From: Octopus sinensis
Taxonomy: Eukaryota
DNA: 64,000 nt
Reading direction: 5' to 3'
Assembly (NCBI RefSeq): GCF_006345805.1
Contig: NC_043000.1
Span: 95,480,001-95,544,000, forward strand
The position numbers were made by a program, and so were the translations under genes. The first letter of the stretch is position 1. Each line of letters starts with the position of its first letter. Under the pieces are notes generated by a model. That model was not told the DNA's origin. It searched no databases and saw only the letters and a program-made list of their open reading frames with translations. Shown here in pieces: positions 1 to 13,298 of the stretch.

Positions 1-134
1 TATATATATATATATACATTAAGACATATATATGTAATATATATATACATTAAGACATATATATGTATATATAATACATATACAATATATACATATAAAA
101 AACATATATATATACATATATGTATGTACGTATG

Positions 135-166
<32 letters not shown>

Positions 167-412
167 CATGTGAATTTCTCTAGAGAACATTCGTCTTCTA
201 GCATATAGGATGTGCACGTAGTGGTTACCCGGTTATACGCATGTATAACAATTTTTCTGAATTTTCAGATTTTTCTATATGCTAGGCTACTGGTTTTAAA
301 TTGATATTAATGAAATTGATATTCAAATTTCACCCTTACTATTTAAATTATGTACATATATATATATATATATCTATATTTATATATATATATAAAAATA
401 TAATATAATATA

Positions 413-443
<31 letters not shown>

Positions 444-543
444 GCCATATCGATAGCCATATCAGAGATGACTTAGATATGTTAAACCACCTTCCAAAAA
501 AAACAAGGAAGAAACAATCCTGGTTTCATTCGATGTAGTCAAC

Positions 544-1386
544 TTGTATACCAGTATACCTCATAATTATGGACTGGAGGCAATACAGTTCTGGTTAGAC
601 AATTTCCGGAAGAAATACCAAAAAGGATCAGTAAGGAATTCATTACTAAATCAATTGAATTCATCCTACACAATAACCACTTCATGTTTGACAATACATT
701 TTACCGTCAAAAATCCGGAATTGCTATGGTACAAGGGCAGCGCAGTCATTGCGAAACTTAACAATGGGGTACATGGAAATAATCATTTACCAGGAATCTC
801 TATCAATCTTTGGAAACTCCTCTCTCAATACATAAAAGAGAATTGGAAACGATTCCTAGACGATTGTTTCATTCTCTGGAATGAAAACATAGATAAACTC
901 CTAAAATTTAAAAACCTATTGAACAGCATAAACCCAAATATACAGTTCACGATGGAATACAACCAAAAGGAGCTCCCGTTCTTGGATATACTAATTAAAA
1001 AAATTAACCTTAAAATAGAAACAGACATTTTTTACAAAGCCACAGACGCCAAACAATACCTTCTTTTTAATTCATGCCACCCAAGACACACTAAAACAAA
1101 CATCCCCTTCAACCTTGCAAGAAGGATATGCACAATAGTGACAGAACAAAATACCAGGAACTTTAGACTGCAAGAACTCAAAAACACCCTAATTGACAGA
1201 CATTACCCAGCTCAACTCATAGAGGATGGGATCAGACGTGCAACAGAAATCAACATAGAAACTTTAAGAAAAGTTCAACCACAACAACACACCTTCCCCG
1301 AAAATACTACCTTACATATCTACATACAACCCCAGAAACAAAGAAGCCTTCACCATCATCACCCAGAATTTACCAATACTTCATAA
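544..1386 (+). pseudogene. PLE reverse transcriptase remnant
   Basis: 280-aa ORF; only parts are in the native RT frame (YTSIPH, FLDD, FTMEYNQKELPFLDI); internal frameshifts and a deletion. Confidence 0.85.
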
Positions 1387-2064
1387 AAACCAAGATAAAG
1401 GAAATTCTAAACATACACCAAATCATTAAAAGCTACAAACAGCCTAAATCACTTAAAAAGATTCTCACAAAGGCAAAATTGTCTTCTAAAATACGGATGC
1501 AAAAGTAAAAAAATGTGGTAGATCGAACTGTGCAACATGCCCTAACCTGCTAGAAGGATCAGAATTCCTCTTTAAAGAGGGACAAAAATTCAAGATCAAA
1601 TCTAACTTTACTTGTGCCTCTGAAAACATAATTATGTCATTAAATGCTCGGGCTGCCACCAAGACTACGTGGGTTCCACGGGACTATCACTCAGGCGTAG
1701 ATGCACACTGCATCGACAACAGATTGCATTCCCAGAATATAGAATGATACCTTTTAGTGAGCACATTGAGAAATGCGCAAAGCAACTACTGCCACAATTT
1801 TTAATCTTCCCATTTTACCAATGTGCTTTCGGATCATCAACACAAATGAGACTGAACAAGGAAACATTCTTCATTGAAAAGTACAAACCCAGACTCAACC
1901 ATCCGAACATACTGACACAGAGAAAATAACAAGGGAAAGGAAAGAAAAATTTTTAAGCGATTATCTCCCTTACACCGGAAGAAATCACTCACTACCTCCC
2001 CTTATTTAGAAATCTCCTGAAAGTAAACACAATGATAACCCATGCAATATAAACATAACGTCAC

Positions 2065-2104
2065 AAGAAATTTGAAAAGCTACACGCGAAACCGGTAATT
2101 TCTT
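2065..2104 (+). ncRNA. Minimal type I hammerhead ribozyme, U3-A8 core variant
   Basis: AAGAAAU-UUGAAAA-GC uacac GC-GAAAC-CGGUA/AUUUCUU: 7-bp stem I, 2-bp stem II, palindromic stem III (ACCGGU), GUA site. Confidence 0.7.
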
Positions 2105-2278
2105 TAAAATTTAAAAATTATGTCATTTTAAGGAAGAAAAAAATTTTTCGAATATTCTCCAGACATTTTGACACAAATATATATATTTTTTAACATTTAA
2201 GCCTTCTGTCGTTTTTTTCACTCTTTACTATTTTCTTATATATTCACCCACGTGCTTTACCAAACAAACTTTCTTATC

Positions 2279-2647
<369 letters not shown>

Positions 2648-3099
2648 TATATAATAATATATATATGTAGCAATAGGACAACTACTTATAAGGAAAACTT
2701 AACAAGAAATTGTAGTAGATAGCGAAAACCTCATACGAGAAAAAATCAAAAATAATATTTCTTATTGAACATATTAATTTTATATAGAGGCATATACATC
2801 AGGAGCATTCTACATACACGCCATCGCTAGAGGGACAATCAGTCATTTCTACCAAAAATTAATATATTATTATTTGTAGAAATGACTGACTGTCCCTCTA
2901 GCGTATGGCGTGTATGTAGAATGCCTCCTGGCATGTATGTATAATGCCTCTATATATATATATATGTATACCTATATATATATACCTATATGTATATATA
3001 TATTATATATATAATATATATATATATATTATATATATGTACATAGATATATGTATATATAAATGTACATATATATATCTGTGTGTATATATAAGTACC

Positions 3100-3133
<34 letters not shown>

Positions 3134-3209
3134 TACATTGATGTATGTATATATGCATGAACATATATGTGTGTATATATATTTTATTATCTATATACAT
3201 ATATATATA

Positions 3210-3605
3210 GGCGCAGGAGTGGCTGTGTGGTAGTAGCTTGCTAACCAACCACATGGTTGTTCGGGTTCAGTCTCACTGCGTGGCATCTTGGGCAAGTGTC
3301 TTCTGCTACAGCCCCGGGCCGACCAATGCCTTGTGAGTGGATTTGGTAGACGGAAACTGAAAGAAGCCCGTCGTATATATGTATATGTGTGTTTGTGTGT
3401 CTGTGTTTGTCCCCCCCAAATCGCTTGACAACCGATGCTGGTGTGTTTACGTCCCCGTCACTTAGCGGTTCGGCAAAAGAGACCGATAGAATAAGTACTG
3501 GGCTTACAAAGAATAAGTCCCGGGGTCGATTTGCTCGACTAAAGGCGGTGCTCCAGCATGGCCGCAGTCAAATGACTGAAACAAGTAAAAGAGTAAAAGA
3601 GTAAA
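3210..3605 (+). mobile_element. SINE family A (tRNA-like head, internal TA/TG microsatellite, (GTAAAAGA)n tail)
   Basis: Head ggcgcaggagtggctgtgtgg...gggttcagtc; many near-identical copies in the window. Confidence 0.88.
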
Positions 3606-3955
3606 TATATATATATATGTATTTATAAATATATATATATATGTATGTAAATATATATTTACATATATAGACGTATAAATGTGTATATATATATATATAA
3701 ATACAATGTACATTTAAACACATTAAGAGTTATCCATCATAGGACTCCTATGAGTCCTATAATGGATACCTCTTAATGTGTTTCAATGTACTCTGCATTT
3801 TATATGAATAATGTATAGTCTATTGACTAATTTTTCTATACGCTTGGGCACTGGTAGTAAAAATTTCTAAAATCTTTATTATCCTGATATTATTAATTAT
3901 GTGTGTGTGTGTCTGTGTGTGTATGTGTGTGTGTGTGTGTGTCTGTGTGTGTTGT

Positions 3956-4030
<75 letters not shown>

Positions 4031-4031
<1 letters not shown>

Positions 4032-5202
4032 ACAGACATGCAGGCAGTATGTAGACACCTTTGATTTTCAAAATCTTTTATTTAATACGCAAAGCGAACA
4101 ATTGAAATGTAATTGATAGGTAGGACTACATACTTTAGTATTTAGTTGACATTCCCGTTGCAGTTTTTAATTCAGAAACTCTTTTTGGCATTGAACTGAT
4201 GTGCTTTGTGATTGTTTCTTGTGGAATTTCTTCCCACTTTTCACGCAACAATCGGAACAATTCATCTTTAGATTTAGATTTCTGTCTCCAAAGATTTTCA
4301 ATCGGGTCCATGTCAGGAGATTGACTCGGCCAAGGCAGCTTTTTGATTCCATTCTGAGTCAGTCGTTGTTGATTCCTTTTCACTGTGTGGCATGTAGCCC
4401 CATCTTCCGCGAATAAGATCTCATTTTTCATTATGTTATCGTGTGAATACATCGGAAGTAGCCCTTGCTTAAATATTTCGATGCATTTTTCAGAGTTTAT
4501 AATTCCAACACATTGCTGGTGACAGCTCCCCATACCAATACAGAGATACCGCCATATTTCACAGTTGGCTGGCGTCGTTTCAAATCAAATTCTTGATTTG
4601 GAAGCCTCCAGACCCAAACACGTCCACTGTCTGAAAATAATGCAAATCTGGATTCATCTGAGAAAATCACTCTATCCCAAAATGAAGTGGATTTTTCTAA
4701 CATCCCCTTAGCCCATTTCTTGCTTTTCATGATATTAATTGGTTGAAGAAGTTTTCTTCTAGCTGCCCGTCCATAATACCCAAGCTTATGCAGATATGTA
4801 ACACACGTTCTTGGACTAACTTCTAGTCGTTTTGCAATGTCAGAAGCCTTCGAACAGGGTTCATTTTCCACAATTCTCTTCAAACAGCGAAGCTTCCTTT
4901 CCGACGGCACAGTTCGGCCTGGACGAGAATCTGTTGATTCTTTTCCTTGGCTTTTGAATTGCACTATAATTCCACTAACGGTTACAAGAGGAATTTGAAG
5001 ATTTTCGGCAATTTTTCGCTGGCTAAGACCAGCCTCAGATTGTCAAGCAATACGACCTCTTTGAAAATCTGACAGTTCTGCTGAATTTTTTGTGCGTGGC
5101 ATGGTTACTCTTCGCAGATGTTTAATATAATGGCACCTGGAATGAAAAAGAATAATTACATTGTGAATCCTACACCGCTGAAAACATATTAAGACGCTTA
5201 GA
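4031..5202 (-). mobile_element. Tc1-family DNA transposon (DD34E), degenerate, 5' TIR missing
   Basis: [17 protein letters not shown] and WPSQSPDMDPIENLW, with 34 residues between the second D and the E; MPRTK start; 3' TIR at ~4031 next to (TG)n; homologous to the copy at 22766. Confidence 0.93.
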
Positions 5203-5403
5203 TGCCCCGTAGATGCATTTCTGCTTGTTATACCTTCTTCTGTAGCAGATACCAAAGAGAGGTAACCCTGAGCTAACAGAAAGCTGTAGATTTACAATCA
5301 ACTAATCACTAGTATTGTCTGGCTTTCTATCAGCTCCGGGTTACCTCTCTTTGGTATCTGCTACTGAGAAAAGTATAAGAAGCAGAAATGCATCTAGGGA
5401 GCA
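5203..5403. mobile_element. ~200-bp hairpin / MITE-like element
   Basis: ~80-bp inverted arms (gccccgtagatgcatttctgc... / ...gcagaaatgcatctagggagc) around a ~40-bp spacer. Confidence 0.75.
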
Positions 5404-5837
5404 AAGAGTGGGCACCACTGAGCTGTCAATTGTATACTTACACCCTTTGCTATAAGCGAGATTTTTTTCTCCACGGCAGACTGCAGGGAAATTTCCTTTA
5501 AATATATTCAAATTAACCTAAATATTTATTTTTGAGATATCGGTGTATGTATGTTGTATGTATGTATGTATGGACTCGTATAAACACTGATATTAATATT
5601 GTCTCTATCGCTAATGTATATATTTTTTAACAAGCTTACTGGCCCACCACGACATCAACGCCTGTTATGTCACTATCAATCTATTTATTACTGGCAGGGA
5701 GGCGAATCGCTGCTGTCTCTAGCGGTCGAATGTCCATCATTGACAAGACCAAGGAAGGTCGAAATCAGGTGATCTGGTGGTCTCGGCGCTAGCGATATAA
5801 ACAAGAATGCATTTTGCACCAAAAGCCAATATGAGAG

Positions 5838-6073
5838 TTTCTTATTTCTTTACTGCCCACAAGGGGCTACACACAGAGGGGACAAACAAGGACAGACAAA
5901 CGGATTAAGTCGATTATATCGACCCCAGTGCGTAACTGGTACTTAATTTATCGACCCCGAAAGGATGAAAGGCAAAGTCGACCTCGGCGGAATTTGAACT
6001 CAGAACGCAGGGGCAGACGAAATACCACAAAGCATTTCGCCCGGCGAGCTAACGTTTCTGCCAGCACGCCGCC
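5838..6073 (-). mobile_element. SINE family B (tRNA-like head)
   Basis: Reverse complement reads ggcggc..gctggcagaaacgttag...ctgagttcaaattccgccgaggtcgactttgcctttcatcctttcggggtcgataaattaagtaccag; further copies at 9945-10222, 17365-17495 and 23895-23960. Confidence 0.85.
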
Positions 6074-6311
6074 GTCCCAATATGATAGTTTCTCTTAAAG
6101 TAACTATCGCAGTATAATTTATTCGAACTAAACATTCATATTTAAGTATGGATAAGTATTATCTCTCGGTATTAATACTGTCTCTGTTGCTAATATATAT
6201 TTTATAAACACAAATAGGTGAGCGATTAAACGAGAAATTCATATACTACAGTGGAGTGGAGCACATTTTATAAAAAGCGTAAATGAGAGACTTCAACAAA
6301 TATAGTGCATG

Positions 6312-6360
<49 letters not shown>

Positions 6361-6842
6361 TGTGTCTGCTTGTATTACATATGTATTGTATGTATATGTA
6401 TTTGTTATTGTATATGTATGTATGTATATATATATATATTTGTAGATGTATGTGTATGTATGTATGCTTGAATGTATATGCCTGGTAGCCATGTGTCTAT
6501 ACGCGTGTGAACATGTTTGCATCTATATGCATGTGTGTGTGTGTGTGTGTGTGCGAGTACCTGTGCGTACGCACGCTTATCTTGAACATGATTAACTGTA
6601 CCAAAAATAAGAAAATCAACAGATTTTCCTTGTCTACAAAACTGCAACAGCAAGATTAGATCTTTATTTGTATATTTTCTGTTTACATGGTTTACACATT
6701 CATTAATACAATTTTCTTACACACGCTGAGACGCGCGCACACACGTACCGAAGCACAAATATATATATGTATATATATATGTGTGTGTTGTGTGTGTGTG
6801 TGTGTGTATATAATATTTATATATATAAATATATATATACAC

Positions 6843-6912
<70 letters not shown>

Positions 6913-7096
6913 ATATTATATATATATATATACTAATACATATATATATATATATATATGTTGTATCACTAAATGTGACTATGGGATTAGAAAGCACCAA
7001 CATTGCTAGAAATAAGAGCTAAAATGGTCTAATGCTGCTGCCAACGCACATAAATGTAAACATATACATTAACAGGGGCCTTAATCGCCCGAAAAT

Positions 7097-7148
7097 TCCT
7101 CATACTGACATCAGTTTCGACAATTTCTGTTTGCCTCTTCAGTAAGGA
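7097..7148 (-). ncRNA. Canonical type I hammerhead ribozyme
   Basis: Reverse complement: UCCUUA-CUGAAGA-GGCAA acagaaa UUGUC-GAA-ACUGA ug UCAGU-A/UGAGGA. Full core, G10.1-C11.1 pair, all three stems formed, GUA site (cut between 7103 and 7102). Confidence 0.85.
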
Positions 7149-7887
7149 CTGGCTCGAACTCTGTCTCTTTCTGGACTCGCTTCTCTATTAGTATATGTGT
7201 TTTCATCAAAGAAATCTTTAGAGATTATGTAATTCGCCACATTTAGTGACAATTATAATTTATGTAGTGATACTTTCAATTAACAAAAAATAGTAATGGA
7301 TGCTTTCAATTATCCATCTCCAAACAATAACCGTGAATCTATTTTCGATTCTGCTTTAGTTTGAGAAAGTATTTTTGGTGCTTTCCTTCATTCTTTCCAT
7401 GGCACAAAATACCGTGGTTTGTTGCGGATAATCCATTTCTATCGACGTTGCAATGCGATAAAGGAATGAATCGTTTGGTTATATAAAAGAAGCACGAAGC
7501 AAACATCGTAACGAAGATGCTTTTTTTCGTCCAGCTAACGCGGCACCAAAGGGGAGGAATTGCCAGCAAGATGTTTGTGTCTGCTTGAGACAACATAAGC
7601 ACCTAAGAGAATTGGGAAAGCATGGTACTTGCTACCAACATAACACAACCGCATCTGTTATTTGTAATTGATAGTATCAAACACATTGTATGTTATTTAT
7701 CGAAAATGATTTACTCCTATTTTTTAATTACGGAGATGTACTTGCATAGCAAGTGACCTCATCTGAGATCGTGTGCTGGAACGAACACAATTGCAGCGTG
7801 GAAGGTGTTTATAAGCCATTTAAGAAACACACATAAACCGTTAGATTCACTTCAACATTTAAATTTAATTTGCCAAAATATTTCGTC

Positions 7888-8310
7888 GGATCTTTTCGGT
7901 TTGAAGGGCAGTTTTTTCTAGCGGTGTCATATGAAATTGTCACCCATAATTATGACCCTAGAATCGATCTATTGCATTTCAATCTCTTTTAAGTTTAGGG
8001 TTAGTTAGGGTTAGGGTTAGGGGTGGGGGAAGGGTATCTTTTTTTCTTCACAAATGTCAATAAACCCAATCTGTTTCTTAAACGAGGGACATATTCATAC
8101 GGCACAGAATGCTTTTTAACTCAATAGACGTCATTGATTGGTTGAAATTGCAGAAAAAAAACAACAAATATCTTACAAACTATAGAATTTTCTCAATAAA
8201 GCCAAGAGAAAAAAAAGTTTTATAAACACATTTTACCAGTATACGAAGTTTAAAATTTTTTAGTTACCTAGAAATTATGTTAAAAACTGCCGTTCAAACC
8301 GAAAGGATCC
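7888..8310. mobile_element. MITE with ~29-bp TIRs, 8-bp TSD and internal (TTAGGG)n
   Basis: Left ggatcttttcggtttgaagggcagttttt; right aaaaactgccgttcaaaccgaaaggatcc; flanks atttcgtc / ttttcgtc; TTAGGG units at 7995-8022. Confidence 0.85.
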
Positions 8311-8579
8311 TTTTCGTCGCTTTGAGACCGCAACTTGTTCACTGACAAACTTCCAGGCTGGTTTAATTTATTCCTTCTCTCGCTGCTAATATAGCTTGAT
8401 TTAATCATCATTAATATGTTATTCTTTCGCATGGTAGTATCCTGGACAGACTCATAAAAGAAGTACCTCATAATCTTAGTGAACATCAGGCAAATTTAGA
8501 TCTTATACAACAGCAATAGATCATATACAGAACAATTATTTTATTATATTATTGAGGAGTATTGCAAATTCCTGACACC

Positions 8580-9500
8580 TCAAGACACCAATCACATTGA
8601 TTTCAAGAAGCTTCTGACAAGATTCACCTGAGGCCATTGCGGAAGATTGTACAAGTTTATGGCATCATAGAAAAGTTTATCAATAGCTTAAAATCCTTTT
8701 ATCAGTTGTTGCATAAGAATACAAGATGGGAATACAGAGCTGTTTGACGTTGTGACAGGTGTTCGTTAGAACTATATTCTTTCCCTTTTTCCTTTTTCCG
8801 TTAAGTTGATTTCATTATGAAGAATACTATGGGAAATCCAGAATACAAAAATAGATAGAACAGAGGTTATAAGACTTGAATTTTATTAATAATATATTTT
8901 ACATTGCTTGGTCATTATAAAGAGACCTTACAGGAAATAACAGCTACCTTAAATGCAAATGTGGATAAAGTTGGTCTTCGTATCAGCATTGAGATTATTA
9001 AGAATATATCCACTAGTTTATCATCATAAGCACTTATCGAAGACTAGAAATATGAATCTGTATCTTGGAAGCAATATTTCTACGCTTAAGTTGAAGTCGG
9101 GATGAAACTTAGGAAGAATATAAGTTTCCCAGCGACTGTGCCATATATAATCCAAAATTTTTATCGATGTTGAGGTGAAATTACGCTACCACTACATGCT
9201 CATTACGGTACTATGTCAGTGAACTGAGGAAAATTTCAGCTCGCTTCCTCAACAATTTCGATGTCTTTGAGGCGCTGCATACGTTGAATACTGAGAATTT
9301 TCCTGGTGAAGCCATTGTACAAATGAAGAGGTTATGGAAATAGCTGGGATTGAAAATTTACAAAATATTGTGAAAATAAGCTGAGAGTGACTTGCATGAC
9401 ATGTCCTAGGTTTGACTGAGAAAAGGATATCGCACAAAACAATTGAGGAGATATCAGAAGCTAAGAAGAAAAAGGAGACTGCATCATGCCTGGAGAAGGA
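8580..9500 (+). mobile_element. Old RTE-clade LINE relic (RT through C-terminus)
   Basis: Decayed DFKKA(F)DKIH, LFDVVTGVR, YLGSNIS and TNEEVMEIAGIENLQNIVK motifs; many stops. Confidence 0.7.
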
Positions 9501-9944
9501 ATCTTCTAAAGGACCTACAGTAATGAGATGAATGGTAAAGATAAGAATAGCAATGTGACTAGTACAGATGGAAGGAACTCATTATCCGATGATACGGGAA
9601 GGATTAGTGGAATTGAGATTGATTGAGCTATTCAGTATCCTTATAGACATATCTTCGAGTGAAAGTTTAGATATTGCCCAATTAGAAAGAATTGAAGTAA
9701 ATTATTTTTTGTGGTGGTACTCCAAGTAGATAATGCTATAAATAATCCCTTCTATTAGAGGCACAAAGCCTGAAAATTTGAGGGAGAGGGTAGTCAATTA
9801 CACTGACCCTTGTACATGGCTAGAATTTGAACTCAAATGTAAAGATGGACCAAATGCCACTAAACTTTACTCGGCATACTAATGATTCTGCTCACCGCTT
9901 TAATAATAATCCTTTCTACTAGAGGAGGAGATATACTTGTAGGA

Positions 9945-10222
9945 ATGGGGTATAGTCGATCACATCGACCCCAGTGCTTGACTGGTACTTAATTTATCGA
10001 CCCCGAAAGCATGAAACACAAAGTCGACTTCGGCGGAATTTGAGCTCAGAACATAAAGACGGACGAAATGCCGCTAAGTATTTTGTCCGGTGTGCTAACG
10101 ATTCTTATTTCTTTATTGCCCACAAGGGGTTAAACATAGAGGGGACAAACAAGGACAGACAAACGGATTAAGTCGATTATATCGACCCCAGTGCGTAACT
10201 GGTACTTATTTAATCGACCCCA
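9945..10222 (-). mobile_element. Two adjacent SINE family B fragments
   Basis: Similarity to 5838-6073. Confidence 0.8.
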
Positions 10223-11046
10223 GAGTGCCGCCTTCACTGCTTTAATAATAATGATTTCAAATTTTGCCACAAGGGCTTTCGCTTGTAACAATAAAGCTTC
10301 TAAAATGGGAGATGAAAATTCGGAGTGTTCCTTTTATGTAATAGTTAGCACATCTGTCATAATCACCCAAGATTTAGGTTCGAGTCCCACGAGCAGCCTT
10401 CAGCTATTTTTAATTCGAGAGGTTTTTATTCCAATATTCTCCATGCCATTATACAAAATTTTATGTACTTTCACTGTGAAAAAATGGTTTACTTAAATTC
10501 CCTCGAAGTTTCTAAACTATTATAATGTAAATATCTTACATTTGTTCCTGGTCAAAACAAAGTTTCTGAAATAGATGGAGAAAATTCGAGATGTGTCTTT
10601 GGTATTAGCATATCTGGCATATTCACAGCAGATGTGGGTTCGAATCCTATAGCAGCTTTCGTCTTTTTCCCCCTTCAGCCGTTTCTTTTTAACTCAGTAT
10701 TCTACACGCTATTATTATTAACAGCTTTACCAACTTCGAGTTCCACCGCAAAAAAAAATAATTTAGCTCTACAGCTCAATTCTTTTCAGCTTAAGATTAC
10801 ATTTCATATATAAGCTTCTCAAAATAATATCTCTGACAAAATATCGGATATCGGAGATTATATGTCTTCTTAACTCTTGTTATTTATAGAATATTTTCTT
10901 AGTATAAAACATGTCTTATCTATACGTGATATCGCAATCACCAATTAAATGGAATAAGATCATTAACTGGAGGCGAAAAACCAAAATATTGAAAACATTC
11001 TAATCGCGGCATAAAGACTTTATATAAATATATATATATAATATAT

Positions 11047-11110
<64 letters not shown>

Positions 11111-11464
11111 ACTCTTATAATCTTATACCATTAGCTTTTGGTTCCAAAACGAAGAACAAAAGGACGTTTCAGGAAAATTTGCCTCCTACGTGTATTTCTT
11201 AAATAAAAATGATATTCGTTTCACCATTTTCTTTAACCATTTAACTTCGCTAGAACACCTCAGGCAACTCTGCTTTTCTGTCTACTAAAGTTATTTATTT
11301 CTCTGGGTCCATTCTTCTATTTGTATTAAACGTTCGACCTAAAGATGCAGCACAATATACCTGTGTGATTGTATAAATTAATGATCTAAATATCCTGAAT
11401 TTAATCTGTTTAATTTTGTATATAAACACACACACACACGTGTGTGTGTACATACATATGTGTG

Positions 11465-11513
<49 letters not shown>

Positions 11514-12058
11514 TGTGTGTGTGTGTGTGTAGTGAACAGGGAAGCCATATTTGGTTGTCGCGTATTAGCACAGTAGTACTATGCCAATTAAAGCTGGTTG
11601 CGGATTAACACAAGCAGGTAGCAGGAAGACGCGAGACAGTCAACACACTTTTTCATATTGTACAGCTTCTGGTATTTTTACAAATTTCCAACTATTTGTT
11701 TGCGTTAAGCTAGCCCCCGACTACCCGTATCATTCACCATGGATGGAAACTGCCTTGTTTCAGTTAGTTGGCAAACAATTGACACAGCTGTAATATCTCT
11801 CCTTTGAAACATAAAAGGATTCTTATGTGTGTCGATCACCCACTTCATATAACTCACCTGGAGTTATAGCGTCTCGACTTCTCACCTCCTGAACCTTCGA
11901 TATCATTCTCATCCCTGCCAACTCCTATTTTCTTTCTACGGCTAGTTCATACTAACTTCGCCTGCCAGTTTATAGCAGCTTATGACATAAACATTCATTT
12001 AAACCTAAGTTATGGCTTCCCTGGTTCACAGATACACATTCAGTCCACATATCACATA

Positions 12059-12482
12059 GGCGCAGGAGTGGCTGTGAGGTAAGTAACTTGCTAACCAACC
12101 ACATGGTTCCGGGTTTATTCCCACTACGTGGCACCTTGGGCAAGTATCTTCTACTATAGCTTCGGGCCAACCAAGGTCTTGTGAGTGGATTTGGTAGACG
12201 GAAGCTGAAAGAAGCTCGTCGTATATATGTATATATATATATGTGTGTGTATGTATGTGTATGTATATGTTTGTGTGCCTGTGTTTGCCCCCCCCCCACA
12301 TCACTTGACAACCGATGGTGGGGTGTTTACGTCCCCGTAACTTAGCGGTTCGGCAAAAAGAGACCGATAGAATAAGTACTAGGCTTCCAAAGAATAAGTC
12401 CTGGGGTCGATTTGCTCGACTAAAGGCGGTGCTCCAGCATGGCTACAGTCAAATGACTGAAACAAGTAAAAGAGTAAAAGAA
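12059..12482 (+). mobile_element. SINE family A, full length
   Basis: Same head, core and tail as 3210-3605. Confidence 0.88.
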
Positions 12483-12763
12483 TATCATACTTTTTGTCAG
12501 CACTTGTTACTTATACAATAAATAACAATGTTTTGTTATACATTTGCCTTCCGATATTCCTTTCTTCTTTGTCGATATTCATCCAAGTCAACTTACATTC
12601 GCTGACTTTACCAACACACTCAAATTAGTGACGCTCTCCATATTGGTTCTTTTATACCAGTAACATTTTCCTCACGTTAACCTGAACACGTAACATATAT
12701 ATATATATTATATATAAATTGATCAAAATAAAAATAAAAATAAAACATGAGGCGAAGGACTCA

Positions 12764-12841
12764 GCGGTACATATGTTTCGGGCCTTTATTAGACAGATTC
12801 ATAACAAATCATAATGTATGTCTGTGGCCTTCTTCAGCCGC
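12764..12841 (-). ncRNA. Type I hammerhead ribozyme with long stem II
   Basis: Reverse complement: GCGG-CUGAAGA-A-GGCC...GGCC-C-GAAAC-AUAUGUA/CCGC; palindromic stem III (ACAUAUGU); A.C mismatch at the base of stem II. Confidence 0.7.
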
Positions 12842-13298
12842 GCACAACAGCTTCCACAAGGACATGTGTTACTTCCGAAATTCTTGGTTGGGGATGCAAA
12901 TCTTCTCGTTCCCGTACGACATAATGCGGCAGCAGCATCGAATTGAATCGTCCATCTCTTTCTTCTCTTTTATTTTGATCAATTTACTCCACCACCTACA
13001 CCACCAAACGGTATACACAGGTGCTTATAATTATCAAGTACTCACCCCGAATTTCTACACTCAACTATATATATATATATATATAATTTATGTGAAATAG
13101 AAAGATGAATAATCTTGTAGTAGATTAATCAAAAGTTTAACCGATACCTTAGTAGCAAAAATCACAGCAGTGAACAGCACGGTTGGAGGTACAACCATCT
13201 GGCGTAGCAACCGTGCGTGGTGCGGATAATTGAAATTAAAACATTATTGGTGAATTGAAGAAATGGAGCTGAACGCAGATTGAACAGAAATCGTTTTA

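Larger units (their letters stand above)
463..2104 (+). mobile_element. Penelope-like retroelement (RT + Cys-rich linker + GIY-YIG), 5'-truncated and frameshifted
   Basis: Translations give SFDVVNLYTSIPH (~525-565), RFLDDCF (RT catalytic motif), TDIFYKATDAKQYLLFNSCHP (PLE thumb), KCGRSNCATC linker (~1510) and IIYVIKCSGCHQDYVGSTG (GIY-YIG, ~1630-1685). A Cys-rich linker is typical of Neptune-group PLEs. Ends in a hammerhead motif. Confidence 0.92.

Noticed and set aside
5630-7610. Possible exons at ~5640-5770 (+), ~6563-6640 (-) and ~7414-7608 (-)
   Set aside because: Splice-like signals and short open frames exist, but no recognisable protein and no consistent strand or phase chain.
7995-8022. 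TTAGGG tract as a telomere-fusion scar
   Set aside because: Only about four units, in one orientation, inside a TIR/TSD-bounded MITE.
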